Below, piece after piece: positions 62,222 to 64,000 of a stretch of 64,000 nucleotides of DNA (within the stretch, counting starts at the first letter, position 1; each line of letters begins with the position of its first letter). The stretch spans positions 13,269-77,268 of the forward strand of contig JACRAE010000004.1 in NCBI GenBank assembly GCA_016213525.1. The letters are read 5' to 3'. Under the pieces are notes generated by a model. It was not told where the DNA came from. It saw nothing but the letters and a program-made list of their open reading frames with translations, and did no database searches. A program made the translations under genes and the position numbers. Source of the DNA: Candidatus Aenigmatarchaeota archaeon (GTDB taxonomy: Archaea; Aenigmatarchaeota; Aenigmatarchaeia; CG10238-14; SCSR01).

Positions 62222-63052
62222 ATGAAAGACAGGGTCTCGATAACCCTCGACAGGAACGTCCTGGCAGAGGTCGACAAAAGGGTGGATGGGATCTACATAA
62301 GGTCCAGGTCGGACGCCATAGAGAAGATACTCAGGGAGAACGTGGTGGACGCGAAGACCGCCGTCATATTGGCAGGTGGCTCGCCTGAGAAATTGATTTT
62401 AAAGGGCTCAGACGTCTACAGACCGCTCGTGAGCATAGGAAAGAAGAGCCTCATAGAGGACATAGTCTACAAGTGCAGGGAGGCCGGATTCTCGAACATA
62501 GTAGTCGTGGGCTTCCCGGCCGTCGTGTCCAAGCTCTACGAGACGCTTGGAAACGGGAACAAGTACGGCGTCTCCATAGTGTACATAGAGGAGGACAAGG
62601 CACTGGGCAGCGCCAAGAGCCTAGAGAGGGCTAGGAAGTACCTGAAAACAGACTTCCTATTCGTGCCCTGCGACCACTGGTTCGATTTCGACCTCAAGAA
62701 ACTCGGTGACTTCCATAGGATGAACGGGGGCGTGGCGACCCTGGCCGTGCACTCCAAGACGAGCTTCGACTGGAACACTAGCATAGTCGAGATGGACGGA
62801 TACAAGATAGTCAGCTACGAGGAGTTCCCGAAGAAGCCGAAGACGCACCTCGTGTCCATGCTCATTGGTTTTATGAAGCTGGAGGCCCTGGACAAGATAC
62901 CGCCGGGGGAGATTAGCTGGAGCCTGCAGGAGAACGTTTTTCCGAAGCTCGCAAAGGAGGGCGTGCTCATGGGGTATCCGATAGCCGGCGAGTGGGTCAA
63001 CGTCCACAGCAGGAAGGACGCCGACAAGGTGGTCGAGCTCAGCAAAAGGTAG
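62222..63052 (+). CDS. Ribbon-helix-helix (CopG/NikR-type) domain fused to a divergent sugar-phosphate nucleotidyltransferase domain
   Basis: The N-terminus KDRVSITLDRNVLAEVDKRVDGIYIRSRSDAIEKILRE matches the RHH beta-strand plus 'G(Y)xxRSEAIRxLIR' helix pattern. An NTP_transferase-like fold follows (AVILAGGSPEKL...RPLVSIGKKSLIEDIV...VPCDHWFDFD) with a degenerate GxGTRL loop. Trimmed to the ATG at 62222; the track's 5' extension overlaps ugd. Confidence 0.65.
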   Translation: MKDRVSITLDRNVLAEVDKRVDGIYIRSRSDAIEKILRENVVDAKTAVILAGGSPEKLILKGSDVYRPLVSIGKKSLIEDIVYKCREAGFSNIVVVGFPAVVSKLYETLGNGNKYGVSIVYIEEDKALGSAKSLERARKYLKTDFLFVPCDHWFDFDLKKLGDFHRMNGGVATLAVHSKTSFDWNTSIVEMDGYKIVSYEEFPKKPKTHLVSMLIGFMKLEALDKIPPGEISWSLQENVFPKLAKEGVLMGYPIAGEWVNVHSRKDADKVVELSKR

Positions 63053-63078
63053 AAATATTGAAGGGTTGATATGGGTTT

Positions 63079-63942
63079 ATGGAATTGAAGCCTAGCAAAC
63101 TGATGTTCATACCGGTTCTGCTCTTCGCGGCGTCCGTCGGGGTGCTCCTCATGACTTATGTGGACACCGGGGAATTTGTCCTCAAGGACGTTGACCTGAA
63201 GGGCGGAACTCTTGTAACGATAAGCACAGAAGATCCGATTGATATCAAACTTTTAGAAAAAGAGGTTGACAAGGAATTTGGCTCTGGGATAGTGAGCGGT
63301 CTCAAGACCCCGTCCGGCTACGGCGCCACCATCCAAGTTGAGCACACAATAAGCCTCGCGCAAGTCATGAACCTCGTGAGAAGTTTGAATATAGAACCTA
63401 TTGACTACTCTGAACAGACGATAGGCCCCGTCCTTGGAAACCTCTTCTTCGAGCAGGTGAGGAACAGCCTGATAATAGCGTTCGTGATGATGAGCGTCGT
63501 TATTTTCATTATATACAGGAATCCCGTGTCTAGCCTCGGGATAGTCCTCGCCAGCCTCGGGAACATACTGGCGACCCTCGCGTTCGCGAACGTCTTCGGG
63601 ATAGAACTGAGCTTTGCGAGCTTCGCCGGCATGTTGATGTTAATCGCTTTCACCGTCGACACTAACATAGTTCTGACCAGCAAGGTGGTCGCGTACGGAA
63701 GCGACACTTTCATGGTCAGGTACAAGAAGGCGTTCGTGACGGGCGCCACCCTGACAGCAACAATAACCGCCACCATGGTCATAGTGTTGTTCCTCTCGTC
63801 CTCGAAGCTCCTGCTAAACATAGCGGAGATCCTGGTCATAGGCTTCATCACGGACTTGGTCTACACTTGGATACTGAACGCTGGTATGTTGGAAATGTAC
63901 TTCGACAGGAAAAACAGGCGGCATGGGGGATATGGTAAATGA
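63079..63942 (+). CDS. secF: Protein-export membrane protein SecF
   Basis: An N-terminal TM segment, a periplasmic-type P1 domain (GVDLKGGT-like: DVDLKGGTLVTIS), then a 5-TM block (SLIIAFVMMSVVIFIIYRN..., LATLAFANVFGIELSFASFAGMLMLIAFTVDTNIVL). Confidence 0.75.
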   Translation: MELKPSKLMFIPVLLFAASVGVLLMTYVDTGEFVLKDVDLKGGTLVTISTEDPIDIKLLEKEVDKEFGSGIVSGLKTPSGYGATIQVEHTISLAQVMNLVRSLNIEPIDYSEQTIGPVLGNLFFEQVRNSLIIAFVMMSVVIFIIYRNPVSSLGIVLASLGNILATLAFANVFGIELSFASFAGMLMLIAFTVDTNIVLTSKVVAYGSDTFMVRYKKAFVTGATLTATITATMVIVLFLSSSKLLLNIAEILVIGFITDLVYTWILNAGMLEMYFDRKNRRHGGYGK

Positions 63943-64000
63943 GCAGCGTGTTCAAAGACCTCAGGTTCGTGCTTCTGTCCTGTGTACTGATAGCGTCGGT
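63939..64000 (+). CDS. secD: Probable SecD (N-terminal fragment; continues beyond the window)
   Basis: The ATG at 63939 overlaps the secF TGA as ATGA. It reads MSSVFKDLRFVLLSCVLIASV, a signal-anchor-like TM segment. The call rests on synteny with secF only. Confidence 0.4.
   Translation, partial: MSSVFKDLRFVLLSCVLIAS

Noticed and set aside
1-64000. CRISPR arrays, rRNA genes, transposases or IS elements, toxin-antitoxin or restriction-type defence genes.
   Set aside because: No regularly spaced direct repeats, no rRNA-like sequence, and no ORF with nuclease, transposase or integrase motifs were seen. Essentially all coding capacity is accounted for by housekeeping and glycosylation genes.

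Overview
This is an archaeal chromosomal window. The markers are an HMf-type histone, RadA, an OB-fold RPA, the Bud32/KEOPS kinase, diphthine synthase, ribosomal proteins eS1 (S3Ae) and uS15, and the oligosaccharyltransferase AglB. I cannot place the lineage more precisely from sequence alone.

The first ~11.8 kb is housekeeping: dphB (partial), trm5, a nucleotidyltransferase, tRNA-Leu(CAG), a PC4-like protein, an M50 protease, rps3ae / recJ-like / rps15, bud32, rpa-radA and a histone. It is interrupted at 2.3-4.8 kb by a tRNA-adjacent, patchily AT-richer islet. The islet encodes a type III PKS/KAS III-like condensing enzyme coupled to a luciferase-like oxidoreductase.

From aglB (11.8 kb) to about 63 kb the window is one almost gap-free glycosylation super-locus of roughly 45 genes:
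- AglB plus four PMT_2-type GT-C membrane transferases.
- Two Wzx-like flippases and an AglH-like GlcNAc-1-P transferase.
- About 12 GT-A/GT-B glycosyltransferases.
- About 14 SDR-type NDP-sugar enzymes.
- CDP-, GDP- and UDP-sugar activation genes.

The points most worth a second look:
1. Two diverged copies of an Arn/Gtr-like triad: a PMP-type sugar 3-dehydratase, a polyprenyl-P GT2 and a 600-aa GT-C.
2. Apparent CDP- and GDP-linked 3,6-dideoxyhexose routes.
3. A sugar C-methyltransferase cassette.
4. A ribbon-helix-helix::nucleotidyltransferase fusion sitting behind phased AGTA repeats at the locus edge.
5. A strongly AT-shifted sub-island (~37.5-54 kb) that carries second copies of genes also present in the GC-rich part.

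I found no CRISPR array, rRNA, transposase or integrase. Many long ORFs in the track are antisense or alternate-frame shadows of GC-rich genes.
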